Shown piece by piece: positions 10,591-22,444 of a DNA stretch of 64,000 nt. Position 1 is the stretch's first letter, and each line of letters begins with the position of its first letter. The translations under genes were made by a program, and so were the position numbers. Source of the DNA: Clostridia bacterium (GTDB taxonomy: Bacteria > Bacillota > Clostridia > Oscillospirales > CAG-272); the NCBI GenBank assembly GCA_017467105.1, contig JAFTSU010000002.1, positions 130,481 to 194,480 on the forward strand, given 5' to 3'. The notes under the pieces were generated by a model that saw only the letters and a program-made list of their open reading frames with translations, had not been told where the DNA came from and searched no databases.

Positions 10591-10973
10591 TTTTTCCTCC
10601 AAGAAATTTTGATGATTTTTAATGCTTGTGTATTGAATTTTTCACGTACGTGAGCGAGAAAAATAAATATTTTAAATAATAAATTAGCGGCTAAATAAAA
10701 TCCGGCGGGGTGATAATTGTCGTAGAGCTTTGCGTGTCCGAGTGGGTGTCTATACGTCCGAGCTCCTTTACCAAAACCGTGATCACCGGTTGATCGGAGT
10801 GAAAGGTAACCTTGGATGTCTTGGGTGTTTAAGCTTTGGTTAGAAATTAAGAATTTAGCCGACATTAGTTCACATTCTGATATGCCGTGCGGCTTTCAAT
10901 CTTATTTTACCGCGCAGAGTTGCTTTGCATTTCACTACGCGCTGCTTTAAGCTGCGAAGCACGCCTTACAGTA

Positions 10974-11165
10974 CTACCCTGCTTCATATCTGTTGGTAAT
11001 AATAACCCGCCTTGGAACTCTTCGTAACGCTACCCTGCTTCAGATCTCCCGATAGTATTGCTTTGGAACACTTAGTAACGTTGCACAGATTCAGTGATCT
11101 TAGTGGTGCTACCCTGCTTCATATCTATTGGTAATGGAAACCTGCTTTGAAACGCTCTAAACAAT
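10974..11165 (+). repeat. Three degenerate direct repeats (56- and 79-bp periods) with an 18-nt conserved core
   Basis: CTACCCTGCTTCATATCT at 10974 and 11109, CTACCCTGCTTCAGATCT at 11030. Each is followed by a GGTAAT/GATAGT..CTTTGGAAC-like segment. Confidence 0.8.
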
Positions 11166-12679
11166 TCTGTTGAATTATGTTTTTACTCCGAATACTTCTG
11201 TATTGTGGTTCGTTTTTTACGGTTTCGCCAGTTTTTATCTTTTTCACGTCTCCCATGAGCTTTATGTAAACCTTCCCCGTGCTGCCGGCTTTCGATATAG
11301 TCTGCTTGAATACTTGATGCGGATGAAAAACTAATAGGTCGTTCTTTCGCTCTGTAAAGATAATTTATAGACGTGATAGTGTATCTGATCGAAAAAAACA
11401 CCGTAATGCGCTAAAAAAGGCAAAATTTCGCGTCAGAGAGGGTGTATAGCCTCAACAATAGGACTGTTTTTGTAAAAATCGGTTAATTTCGGCTGTTAAA
11501 ATTAAGCAGTAACGCATTTTTAGGGTGTAATGAAATAAAGCATTTAAAGCCTGCGCTAAGGAATACAAGAAGATTAATTTATACTGTAGTCTGACAACGT
11601 GAATGATACCAAAAATTACCAAGATACACTTACCGCTTTTTTAATTAACGTTTTGATATACTAATTTATGTTATTTGTGTTAAAATCATAAAAAACCATC
11701 TTTTTGAGCAAAATTAAAATTAAATAAAATAATCAAGCGGCAAACAAAGACGAAAGTTATGTGGCGCTGCAAAATAAGGATTAAAAGCCGAAAAAGCGGG
11801 ACGGATCTGATTGATAAGCAATGAGTAACATGCGTGAGTTGATTTATATTAATCTTCGGCGTTATTAATTAAATGAAACCGTACCAAATCAAGAATAAAT
11901 CGGCTAAAAAACAAACCGTAGCGATTTTGGCTCTTACACTTCCCTGTTTAAGCATACGTCTGAAGGCTTGAAGTATAAATAAGACCAGAAGCCGAGAATA
12001 GAACCGGAGAACCAAAATTTATATCTATAAATAAAATATTTTAAATAATATAAAATATATAAAATTGATATTATCAAATAATATTATACTATAAAGGACG
12101 AAAATTGTCAACTATAACAGTACTTATTTACTTAAAAAATGATAGAAAAAAGTAGTTCTTTTAAAAGAGTCGGAGATGTATCTCGTGATCAAAAAAGAGG
12201 AATAATTAAAAAAATATTTAAAGCATAATAATAATAATTAGTCGAATGATGCTATAAATAAATGTTAATCACGTCAGAGAAGATCGGAAAAAATATATAC
12301 TTAAACCTCTGGAATACAAAAAATGATAAACAAGCTAAATATACCATTATTAGTGTATAAAAATAGATTCATACACAATATATTGTGCCTTTTTACATTA
12401 ATTATGATGCAAAATATTATAAAATTGATTAAACAACCTAAAGTTCCCTAAAAGTTATGTTTGGTTTACAAAAAATAACCTGAGCAAGAACAAAATACAA
12501 TCTTTTAAAATATTTGTAATAATTATACGAGCGAGAAATATATATAAAAATTTGAATATAATCTATAACGACCCACTCTTGTCTCATACGACTCTAGTAT
12601 AACAAAAATTGGTGTGAGTATTCGGTGTTTAAAATAAGATGACTGAGACTATAAATCAATAAATTCATCTTAAAAGCTA

Positions 12680-12695
12680 TGTTTCACGTGAAACA
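12680..12695. promoter_or_regulatory. parS: parS site 1 (ParB/Spo0J binding site)
   Basis: TGTTTCACGTGAAACA, a perfect 16-bp palindrome one base from the B. subtilis parS TGTTCCACGTGAAACA. Confidence 0.85.
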
Positions 12696-12734
12696 TAAAC
12701 AATAAATGATAAATATGTGAAGTTTAAGCTCCGA

Positions 12735-12750
12735 TGTTTCACGTGAAACA
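12735..12750. promoter_or_regulatory. parS: parS site 2
   Basis: TGTTTCACGTGAAACA. Confidence 0.85.
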
Positions 12751-12793
12751 CCAAAAATACCTATAAAAGTATTATTTTTTATCAAAATTGTAT

Positions 12794-12809
12794 TGTTCCA
12801 CGTGAAACA
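12794..12809. promoter_or_regulatory. parS: parS site 3
   Basis: TGTTCCACGTGAAACA, identical to the B. subtilis consensus. Confidence 0.88.
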
Positions 12810-12861
12810 ATTAAATGTATTCATTTTGAATTTTTTTGATTATAGCTAACGAAATAACTAT

Positions 12862-12877
12862 TGTTTCACGTGAAACA
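12862..12877. promoter_or_regulatory. parS: parS site 4
   Basis: TGTTTCACGTGAAACA. Confidence 0.85.
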
Positions 12878-12925
12878 GAACACGGAACGCTCATTTTATG
12901 CTTATATTTATTAAAAATTGCCAAA

Positions 12926-12941
12926 CGTTTCACGTGAAACA
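12926..12941. promoter_or_regulatory. parS: parS site 5
   Basis: CGTTTCACGTGAAACA; only the outermost base differs. Confidence 0.8.
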
Positions 12942-13893
12942 ATAGAAATTATCGAAAATATCTTAAAATATATGCTAATAATATTGTTTTACATAAAAAT
13001 TAACAAAAATGATACAGCACATCTAATAAGGAGGAATAAAATTAATATTTTAAATATATAGTACATAAATCCTTAAAATACTAGTCTGATTAATCTTAAA
13101 TTGATTGATTTATTAAAATAATAATAATGAAATATCAAGGATAAATACATATAACAATTAGCAATATATAATAAAACACCTGTCAAACCAAAGTATGTAT
13201 TTAATATTTTATAAAATAATATAAATATTATTAATTATATGAATATTGAGTGATAATTATCAAAAAATATGCTGTGAAACAGAGGGTTATTATTAAAAAA
13301 TGGAAAAAAATACCAATTTGCTTTTCTCGGGTGATTTATTCACAAAAAATAATGAAATTTGAATAATTTGTTAGTATTTTATACGAAATATCATTTAAAA
13401 ATATGTAAAATATTACTTTTATTACCTGTAATAATTTGTAAAATTCGTAATTAATACTAATTATATTTTTTGAAAATTATAAATAATTAGTGAATAAATA
13501 TTTACAGATGTGTATAAATATACAATCGGTATTGTAATGTTTTTGATACGGTATTTAATTATTGTCTTCTTTAAGCTTGAATATTTTTAGATGTTGAACT
13601 TCTTTTTTTGTTTTTTGAATGGTACTTTCAATATCTTTCTTGTTTTGGTTTTTGTTTATTTGTGCAGGCTGTCGTTTTTTTGTAGTGTATCAGCTTTGAA
13701 AAATTATCAACTTTATCTGATCCTCTTAGTACCGAAACGTATAAAGCTTTATTACGCTCAAATATCGGGCTTTGCTTGCGTGTGGCTCGTTTGTCATGTT
13801 TATTATTAACATTGGATAAAGTATTTTCTAAATTATACAAGCCGTAGTTTAAGTAAATTATTGTTTGTATAGCGATGTATGTTTTAATTAAAA

Positions 13894-13911
13894 TGTAAAT
13901 AATTATTTACA
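13894..13911. promoter_or_regulatory. Perfect 18-bp palindrome TGTAAATAATTATTTACA (candidate operator, factor unknown)
   Basis: Exact inverted repeat 9+9 with no spacer. Related copies are at 22043 and 23296. Confidence 0.4.
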
Positions 13912-14640
13912 ATTTGATTTTTTGGGGTATACCCGTGTAAAGTTTTATTTGTTTTGTTGGTTTTTTTAATTTTGTTTAACTGTTAATTTTTACTGTTTAT
14001 ACATTCGTGATTATTATATAAACTGTCTTTGGTTTTAAACGTACTTATCTAGCTGCGTCGCTTTTATCTGTCCGGTTCTTTTTCTGACCTTGAGAACGGG
14101 ACCTATTTATATATGCCATTTTTCCTTGCGTTTAAAGGCGTTATTAAAAAATGAAGCTGGATCTTCAGATCGGGACACTTTGATAACACGCACAGGTGAA
14201 TCTCGGAGGATCCGGATAGGTAGATTACTTTTACTTGTTTTTTTATCAGCATATTTCGTCTACCCTTTTTTGATATATTTTTCTGCTTCTTGTATTTATT
14301 CAACGACTTTTTATGTATCATTATATGAATAAATATTCTATTTTGTTAATTATAAAAAATTGTGTTTATTTCCTTTGTTGAAAAATAATATGCATATGCT
14401 GTTATATTCTGTTTTTTTATTAATTTCGTACTTTTTCTGTTTAATGTTTATATTCATCCACTTGTGATTTTCGTTAATATAATCTTTGCTATTTTTTCGT
14501 ATTTAGCTTTGATTTGGCAGGGAAGGGTAGCGCGTGTATAAATTCTTTTATTATTGCCTTTTTTTATAAGGAAAATATTTTTTCTTTCTTTAAAGGCTAT
14601 AAACACTTAATAATTTAATATAATTATTAAAAACTAACAG

Positions 14641-14697
14641 AATAAAAAATACACCCGTACAGATATTCTCTAAGAGAGATACCGTATAGGTGTATTT
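14641..14697 (-). terminator. Intrinsic terminator downstream of dnaJ
   Basis: Long imperfect hairpin (ATACACC...GGTGTAT outer stem) followed on the minus strand by TTTTTATT. Confidence 0.7.
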
Positions 14698-14724
14698 AAA
14701 TAATTATTAATTTAGATGTTTATA

Positions 14725-15870
14725 TTATTTATTAAAAAGCCTTGAGAATAGTGACTGTCTGGATTTAGGATTTTTATCGTCCATAGTATTTGCAAATTCC
14801 TCCAGAAGATCTTTTTGCTTCTGCGTTAGGTTTCTTGGGGTCTCTACAACTACTGTGATGATCAGATCACCTTTTCTACCGTTGTTTACGTTAGGAATTC
14901 CTTTGCCGCGCATAGTGAAGGACGCCCCACTCTGAGTACCCTCGGGTATGTGAAGCTTTTCAGTCTTGCCTCCAAGAAGCGGAACCTCGATATCCGCGCC
15001 TAAGGCAGCCTCTGTGAAGCTAATAGGAACCTCGCAATAAATATGATAGCCGTCTCTGGTGAATACCTTATCCTCTTTTACTCTGACCTCGATGATCAGA
15101 TCGCCGTTTGTGCCACCGTTAACACCGGCAGAGCCTTGACCGCGGAGGATAATATTCTGCATGTGATCAATTCCTGCCGGAATATTGACCTCAAGCTTCT
15201 TATTGATCTTTATCCTACCCTTACCGTTACAGTTTTTGCAGGGGCTCTTGATGATCTTTCCGGTACCGCGACAGCTCTGACACGAGCGTTGCGTTTGCAT
15301 ATATCCCAGCATAGTTTGTTGTTGAACGGTAACTCTGCCTGTACCGCGACATGTGGCGCAGGACTCGACAGTAGAGCCCTTTTCAGCACCCGTTCCACCG
15401 CATTCTCCGCATGATTCTATACGCGCAAATGATATATCCTTTTTACATCCGAATGCAGCCTCCTCAAAGGAAATCGTGACACGTGTAGCAACATCATCAC
15501 CTTCGATTGCCATATTCTGACGCCCTCTGGAAGAGCTGCCGCCACCAAAGAATGAGGAGAATATATCGCCGAAATCAAAATCAGCTCCGCCAAATCCACC
15601 GAAGCCTCCAAATCCTGAACCGCCTCCGCCGGAGGCCGGATCAAAGGCTGCGTGCCCGAATCTGTCATACTTAGAGCGCTTGTCTGCATCCGAGAGCACA
15701 GCGTATGCCTCGTTTACCTCCTTGAATTTCACCTCGGCTTCCTTGTCGCCCGGGTTCATATCCGGATGGTATTTTTTTGCAAGGGATCTATACGCTTTCT
15801 TTATTTCATCTTCTCCTGCGTTTTTTTGAACGCCGAGAACCTCGTAGTAATCTCTTTTGTTGTCTGCCAT
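14725..15870 (-). CDS. dnaJ: Molecular chaperone DnaJ
   Basis: J-domain HPD ([11 protein letters not shown]), G/F region, four CxxCxGxG zinc-finger repeats. Confidence 0.97.
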   Translation of the reverse strand: MADNKRDYYEVLGVQKNAGEDEIKKAYRSLAKKYHPDMNPGDKEAEVKFKEVNEAYAVLSDADKRSKYDRFGHAAFDPASGGGGSGFGGFGGFGGADFDFGDIFSSFFGGGSSSRGRQNMAIEGDDVATRVTISFEEAAFGCKKDISFARIESCGECGGTGAEKGSTVESCATCRGTGRVTVQQQTMLGYMQTQRSCQSCRGTGKIIKSPCKNCNGKGRIKINKKLEVNIPAGIDHMQNIILRGQGSAGVNGGTNGDLIIEVRVKEDKVFTRDGYHIYCEVPISFTEAALGADIEVPLLGGKTEKLHIPEGTQSGASFTMRGKGIPNVNNGRKGDLIITVVVETPRNLTQKQKDLLEEFANTMDDKNPKSRQSLFSRLFNK

Positions 15871-15997
15871 AATTATATCCTATTATGCAATAAATTGAGA
15901 AAAATGACAAGTATTATTTACAAATACGAGCATTTTTAATATACAATACAAAGTCTGACAAACGAAAAATCATTTGTCAGCTCTTTGTTTATTTTGT

Positions 15998-16017
15998 GGG
16001 GCGGTCAGAGCCGCCCC
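15998..16017 (-). other. GC-rich hairpin in the dnaK-dnaJ spacer (possible partial terminator or processing site)
   Basis: GGGGCGG-N6-CCGCCCC immediately after the dnaK stop. No U-tract follows. Confidence 0.4.
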
Positions 16018-16025
16018 TAAAGTTA

Positions 16026-17906
<1,881 letters not shown>

Positions 17907-18440
17907 TTAGTTAGCAGATTTGACCATTGCGAAGCGAATTACGTGTTTTCCTTTTTTGTAACCTTTTTGGAAAACCTCAACTATTTCGCCTTCACTTAGG
18001 CTTTCATCCTCTACGTGAAGCACGGCGTTGTGAAGATTTGGGTCAAAGGTGTCTCCGGGCTTTCCGTACTCCTCAACTCCAAGCTTCTCAAGCACCTGTA
18101 TCGCGGATTTTTCTATCATAAGAAGTCCGCTCTTTACTCCCTCTACGTCCTCAAATCCGGACGCTCTTCCGAGGTTGTCAATGATCGGCAGAAGCTCCTT
18201 TACGGTCTCTGCAACCGCAAGCTCATAGAGCTGATCCTTTTCCTCTCTTGAGCGACGTCTGAAGTTGTCGTACTCGGCAGCCATGCGAAGATATTTGTCC
18301 TTCTGCTCGTTAAGCTCGCCTTCAAGCTCCTCGATTTTTTTAACCAGGTCCTTTTTGTCCTGCTTTTTTTCTTTCTTATCTACTTTTATCTCCTCCGCGC
18401 TTTCAGCGGCGGTGTTGATATCCTTTTCTGTGCTTTCCAT
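17907..18440 (-). CDS. grpE: Nucleotide exchange factor GrpE
   Basis: Position between hrcA and dnaK and a GrpE-like C-terminal half. ATG 18440 with an upstream AAAGGAAAG is preferred over TTG 18458. Confidence 0.9.
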   Translation of the reverse strand: MESTEKDINTAAESAEEIKVDKKEKKQDKKDLVKKIEELEGELNEQKDKYLRMAAEYDNFRRRSREEKDQLYELAVAETVKELLPIIDNLGRASGFEDVEGVKSGLLMIEKSAIQVLEKLGVEEYGKPGDTFDPNLHNAVLHVEDESLSEGEIVEVFQKGYKKGKHVIRFAMVKSAN

Positions 18441-18454
18441 CGTCTTTCCTTTCG

Positions 18455-19516
18455 TCAATCGTCATATCCGTTCTCGAGCAGATTGCCCTCGCAGAACATT
18501 CTGTCTATACCGAGAGCCAGACTGTTCAGCATCTCGATAACCTTCTGATAATTCATTCGCTTCGGACCGATAACTCCGACTGACAGCTGCTTGCCGCCAA
18601 GATTTACGTTCTTGAATATCAGCGTTGTATTCTTCATACCGGCGTCGTCATCGTTACCAATGTACACGTGTATTCCGTCAGATGAGGTGCTTTGCTGAGA
18701 GATAACGTCCATAAGCTTATCCTTTTCCTCCAGGACGTTCAGAAGATTTCTGAACTCGGAAACGTCGGAATACTCCGGATAATTCAAAAGCTTCGTAACT
18801 CCATCCAGCTTTACGTCGGCTGAGTCTAACTCGCTCATCGTCTCGTAAATGACCTTAACGGTAGGATGAACCATAGCTCCCGATGAGCCCATAAGCGCCT
18901 CAAGCTTCACGATGATTGGCATTGTGATGCCGTCGCAGGTCAGATTTACAAGATACATATTCGCCGCCTCTGTGAATCTGCGCAGAGCATCCTCTGTAAG
19001 AGAGAATGGCGTGTGAATGGTTCTTGTCTTGACTATGTCTCCCTCAAAGCTCATAACGAGCAGAAACTCGTGGGGGGAGAGAAGCACGCTCTTATACTGA
19101 ATGACTCTTGTCTTACCGAAGCCCGACTTGAAGGCAATTCCGGTGTAGTCGGAGAAGTTTGCGGCAAGCTTTGATACCTCGGACAGTATTTTATCCATCT
19201 CGGTAAGCTTGTAGCGTAGCATCTGATTGATCTCGTCGATCTCGGACTTGGTGTTGCTGTACTGAGAAACGAGCGCGTCAACGTAATATCTGTAGCCAAG
19301 CTCTGAGGGAACTCTTCCTGCTGAGGTGTGAGGCTGTGTAAGGTAACCCATCTCCTCAAGCTCCGCCATCTCGTTTCGTATAGTAGCGGGGGAGGCAGAT
19401 ATGTGAACCTCCTTGGACAAATACTTGGAGCCTACAGGCTCGCCGTGGTTGATATGGGCATCAACTATCGCCCGAAGTATTTGCATCTTTCGCGGTGTGA
19501 GTCTGGAATCGTCCAA
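18455..19516 (-). CDS. hrcA: Heat-inducible transcription repressor HrcA
   Basis: N-terminal winged helix (LTPRKMQILRAIV..EPVGSKYL), first gene of the dnaK operon, CIRCE in its leader. Confidence 0.95.
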   Translation of the reverse strand: MDDSRLTPRKMQILRAIVDAHINHGEPVGSKYLSKEVHISASPATIRNEMAELEEMGYLTQPHTSAGRVPSELGYRYYVDALVSQYSNTKSEIDEINQMLRYKLTEMDKILSEVSKLAANFSDYTGIAFKSGFGKTRVIQYKSVLLSPHEFLLVMSFEGDIVKTRTIHTPFSLTEDALRRFTEAANMYLVNLTCDGITMPIIVKLEALMGSSGAMVHPTVKVIYETMSELDSADVKLDGVTKLLNYPEYSDVSEFRNLLNVLEEKDKLMDVISQQSTSSDGIHVYIGNDDDAGMKNTTLIFKNVNLGGKQLSVGVIGPKRMNYQKVIEMLNSLALGIDRMFCEGNLLENGYDD

Positions 19517-19540
19517 TTATTTGCTCTCCTTTCACCATTT

Positions 19541-19567
19541 TTAGCACTTGATGTGATAGAGTGCTAA
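19541..19567. promoter_or_regulatory. CIRCE operator (HrcA binding site)
   Basis: On the minus strand TTAGCACTC-N9-AAGTGCTAA, against the consensus TTAGCACTC-N9-GAGTGCTAA. Confidence 0.9.
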
Positions 19568-19580
19568 TGTTTGCACTAAT

Positions 19581-19609
19581 AATATATACTATTTTCCCTG
19601 TTGTGTCAA
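19581..19609 (-). promoter_or_regulatory. Sigma-A type promoter of the hrcA-grpE-dnaK-dnaJ operon
   Basis: On the minus strand TTGACA (19609-19604), 17-nt spacer, TATATT (19586-19581). CIRCE lies immediately downstream. Confidence 0.65.
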
Positions 19610-20095
19610 GTATTATTTCAAGAAAAATTATGAATTTTGTGTTAACAATTGGCTCTGGTGGGTCGAAAGTGCTAAAAAAATGTAACAATTTCAAATTTTC
19701 TCCTTCGGAAAAGACAGATCGTGTGTCGCCTCTCATGCGCTTCTTGAAGAAACCAATGAGAGAGTAAAGCCGTGCCTGCGTGTCTTAATATTATAATAGG
19801 AAGAAAAAGCTGTTGCCAATTTTCTATCATATTTCACCTAAAATATTATAGAATGAAGCTATTATATATTATTGTGCTTTTGTTGTAATTTATCTTAAAA
19901 TGTAATAAAATGTAAATAATTATAGTCAATTTTAAGTATTTTCGCGTCTTTTTGTGTAAAAATGTATAAAAAATGAAAACAAAAAATATTTTACGTCTTT
20001 GTTTTTTGTTATGATCCGGGAATTGTTTTTGGGTTTTGTGATTCTTAAATAAAATGATAATAGAACATAATGGAGCATTCAAAATAAAAATGTAC

Positions 20096-20124
20096 TTGAC
20101 TTTATCTTTAAAATATTATATAAT
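20096..20124 (+). promoter_or_regulatory. Candidate sigma-A promoter of rny
   Basis: TTGACT, 17 nt, TATAAT. Confidence 0.55.
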
Positions 20125-20222
20125 TAATTTGTATGGTGTAAGTTTTGCTTTTTGACTTCGCCTACTTACAAACAATAACATTTTCACATAGATTACAGAA
20201 GTAATCAGAAGGAGGTGCAAAC

Positions 20223-21767
20223 ATGATCAAGGCTTGGATCGCTATATTACTGATTGTAGTTGCTGCCATAATTGGCGCTGCTATCGGATTTATAGTTCGT
20301 AAGATAACGTCCGAGAAGAAGCTTGGCTCTGCTACCGAGCAGGCGAGAAAGATTCTCGAGGATGCTATTAAAAATGCTGAGAGTGCTAAAAAAGAATCTA
20401 TCATAGCTGCGAAGGAAGAGATCTTCCAGCTGAAAAAGGATGCGGATCTTGACATCAAGGAGAGACGCAAAGAGGTTTCCAGACTTGAGCGCAGAGTAAC
20501 TCAGAAGGAAGAGACTCTGGATGCTAAGATCGACGGACTTGAGAAGAAGGAGGCTAAGCTTCAGGAAAAGACCGCTGAGGCGGAGCGCACAAACGAGGAG
20601 ATCAAAAAGGCTCTTGAGGGTCAGCTTGCGATGCTTGAGAAGATCGCCGGTCTTACCCGCGAGGACGCAAAGGCAGAGCTTGTTGCTCGACTTGACAGCG
20701 AGATGCAGCACGAGACCGCGCTGAAGATCTCAGAATATGAGGAGAGATTTAAGGAGGAGGCTGACTCCAGGGCCAAGGACATCCTTTCTCTCGCTATTCA
20801 GAGATGTGCCGCTGATCACGTCAGCGAGGTTGCTATTTCCGTAGTTCAGATCCCCAACGACGAGATGAAGGGTAGGATAATCGGCCGTGAGGGCAGAAAC
20901 ATCCGTACTATAGAAAATCTCACGGGTGTAGAGCTGATAATTGACGATACGCCTGACGTTATTACCGTATCGGGATTTGATCCCGTACGCCGCGAGATTG
21001 CCAGAATCGCTCTTGAGAAGCTTGTTGGTGACGGCAGAATTCATCCTGCCAGAATTGAGGAAATGGTTGAGAAGGCTCGCCGCGAGGTAGAAAACTCTAT
21101 TAAGCAGGCAGGTGAAAAGGCTGTCTTTGAAACGGGTGTACACGGACTTCATCCCGAGCTTATTAAGCTGCTCGGTAAGATGAAATACCGTACCTCTTAC
21201 GGTCAGAATGCTCTTCGCCATTCTATTGAGGTTTCTATGCTCGCCGGTGTTATTGCCGACGAAATGGGAGTTGACGTAACCATGGCTCGCAGAGCTGGTC
21301 TTCTTCACGATATCGGTAAGGCGATTACCGCTGAGGTTGACGGCTCCCACGTTCATCTTGGCGTGGAAATTGCTAATAAGTATCGCGAAAACAAGGATAT
21401 AGTACATGCCATAGAGGCCCACCACAACGACGTTGATCCAACAACCGCTCTTGACTTTATTATTCAGGCGGCGGACGCTATCAGCGCAGCCAGACCCGGT
21501 GCAAGACGCGAGGACGTTGAAAACTACATCAAGCGTTTGCAGAAGCTGGAGGAGGTTGCCGGCGGATTTGACGGTATAGAGAAGACCTTTGCTATTCAGG
21601 CAGGCCGTGAGGTAAGAATTATGGTTAAGCCCGAGCTTGTCAGCGACGATAAGATGAAGCTTCTCGCCCGCGACATAGCGAAGAAGATAGAGGACGAGCT
21701 TGATTATCCCGGACAGATCAAGGTAAGCGTTATACGTGAGTCGCGTCACATAGACTACGCTAAATAA
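20223..21767 (+). CDS. rny: Ribonuclease Y
   Basis: N-terminal TM helix, coiled coil, KH ([12 protein letters not shown]), HD (LLHDIGK). AGGAGG RBS. Confidence 0.96.
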   Translation: MIKAWIAILLIVVAAIIGAAIGFIVRKITSEKKLGSATEQARKILEDAIKNAESAKKESIIAAKEEIFQLKKDADLDIKERRKEVSRLERRVTQKEETLDAKIDGLEKKEAKLQEKTAEAERTNEEIKKALEGQLAMLEKIAGLTREDAKAELVARLDSEMQHETALKISEYEERFKEEADSRAKDILSLAIQRCAADHVSEVAISVVQIPNDEMKGRIIGREGRNIRTIENLTGVELIIDDTPDVITVSGFDPVRREIARIALEKLVGDGRIHPARIEEMVEKARREVENSIKQAGEKAVFETGVHGLHPELIKLLGKMKYRTSYGQNALRHSIEVSMLAGVIADEMGVDVTMARRAGLLHDIGKAITAEVDGSHVHLGVEIANKYRENKDIVHAIEAHHNDVDPTTALDFIIQAADAISAARPGARREDVENYIKRLQKLEEVAGGFDGIEKTFAIQAGREVRIMVKPELVSDDKMKLLARDIAKKIEDELDYPGQIKVSVIRESRHIDYAK

Positions 21768-21797
21768 TCTTTACTTTGAAATTTTGCGAATAACTTC

Positions 21798-21856
21798 GGC
21801 ACATCGGACTCAAGGTAGATTTCTACATCTTGCGCCCGGTGTGCCTTTGCTTTTTA
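21798..21856 (+). terminator. Intrinsic terminator after rny
   Basis: GGCACATCGG...CCGGTGTGCC stem with an inner hairpin, followed by TTTGCTTTTT. Confidence 0.6.
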
Positions 21857-22042
21857 TCGGAATTACTTCATAAATAGGTATTAAAAGAGTTGAAAACCTC
21901 GAAATACCGAATATGCTGTAGTATTCCGGTTTTTACGCCGGTTGGGACTATAACGCTTGTGTTAACCGAAATCAACGAGAATAAAGAAAAAACTAAGGCC
22001 TGCTCGAAGCTGACTTTGGTTTTTTAGGTAAACTAAAAAAGA

Positions 22043-22060
22043 TGTAAATAATAATTTACA
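22043..22060. promoter_or_regulatory. Near-palindrome TGTAAATAATAATTTACA (same family as 13894)
   Basis: 16/18 positions symmetric. Located in the rny-ymdB spacer. Confidence 0.35.
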
Positions 22061-22415
22061 AAATTGCTGTTTTTTGTAAAATTATAGTGTTTAGTTATAA
22101 TGTATAAGCGCAGTTTGTTGAATATTAAGTTTTTGTGCCTACCGCTATTCTTTAATAAGTATCACCGTTGCCTTACCGTCTGTGAAAGTCGGTGACTCTG
22201 TAGGAAGAAGATATCCGTCGGGAACTGCATTATACGTCACGCCAATGTCGGATCCGAGCTCGGTAGTAAAGCTTGCCGCGACGGACGGTAAATATTTATG
22301 ATATTACGCGGAGCGCGATAGCCCTAATTTTCTAGGACACTTTTTAGTCCTGTGATATCGTCATCTTTTAATAACTGTCTCTCATAACTGCCTTCGTCCC
22401 ACGTTCAAAAAGCAC

Positions 22416-22444
22416 TTGTAAAAATACTTGGTATCTGCTATAAT
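22416..22444 (+). promoter_or_regulatory. Candidate sigma-A promoter of ymdB
   Basis: TTGTAA, 17 nt, TATAAT. Confidence 0.5.

Noticed and set aside
12374-12387. Perfect palindrome CACAATATATTGTG in the desert, matching the NrdR-box consensus
   Set aside because: It is a single copy, has no nrd gene nearby, and AT-rich palindromes are frequent in this DNA. TTGATATTATCAA at ~12065 and TGATAATTATCA at ~13251 are treated the same way.
12680-12941. Regularly spaced short repeats that superficially resemble a CRISPR array
   Set aside because: The repeats are only 16 bp, perfectly palindromic and match parS. Spacers are 39-52 bp of AT-rich DNA. There are no cas genes and no leader.
10527-14332. 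ORFs listed inside the desert: 10527-10865(-), 11183-11401(-), 13591-13809(+), 13628-13840(-), 14090-14332(+), 14103-14321(-)
   Set aside because: All are 70-112 aa, low-complexity or hydrophobic runs produced by A/T-rich sequence. None has an RBS, several overlap each other in antisense, and one overlaps parA. None resembles a known protein.
10603-14724. Calling the desert the chromosomal replication origin because of its AT-richness and the A/T skew flip
   Set aside because: Only scattered one-mismatch DnaA boxes lie inside it (TTATTCACA at 13336, TGTGTATAA at 13509). The flip runs from A-rich to T-rich on the + strand, which is the direction expected for converging purine-rich sense or leading strands in Firmicutes, not for diverging ones. 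dnaA is probably left of gyrB. I therefore report it as an observation, not as oriC.
19461-19736. 91-aa minus-strand ORF upstream of and overlapping the hrcA start, and a possible second promoter at ~19790-19825
   Set aside because: The ORF runs through the CIRCE/promoter region, has no RBS and has implausible composition. The upstream promoter-like hexamers are not supported by anything else.
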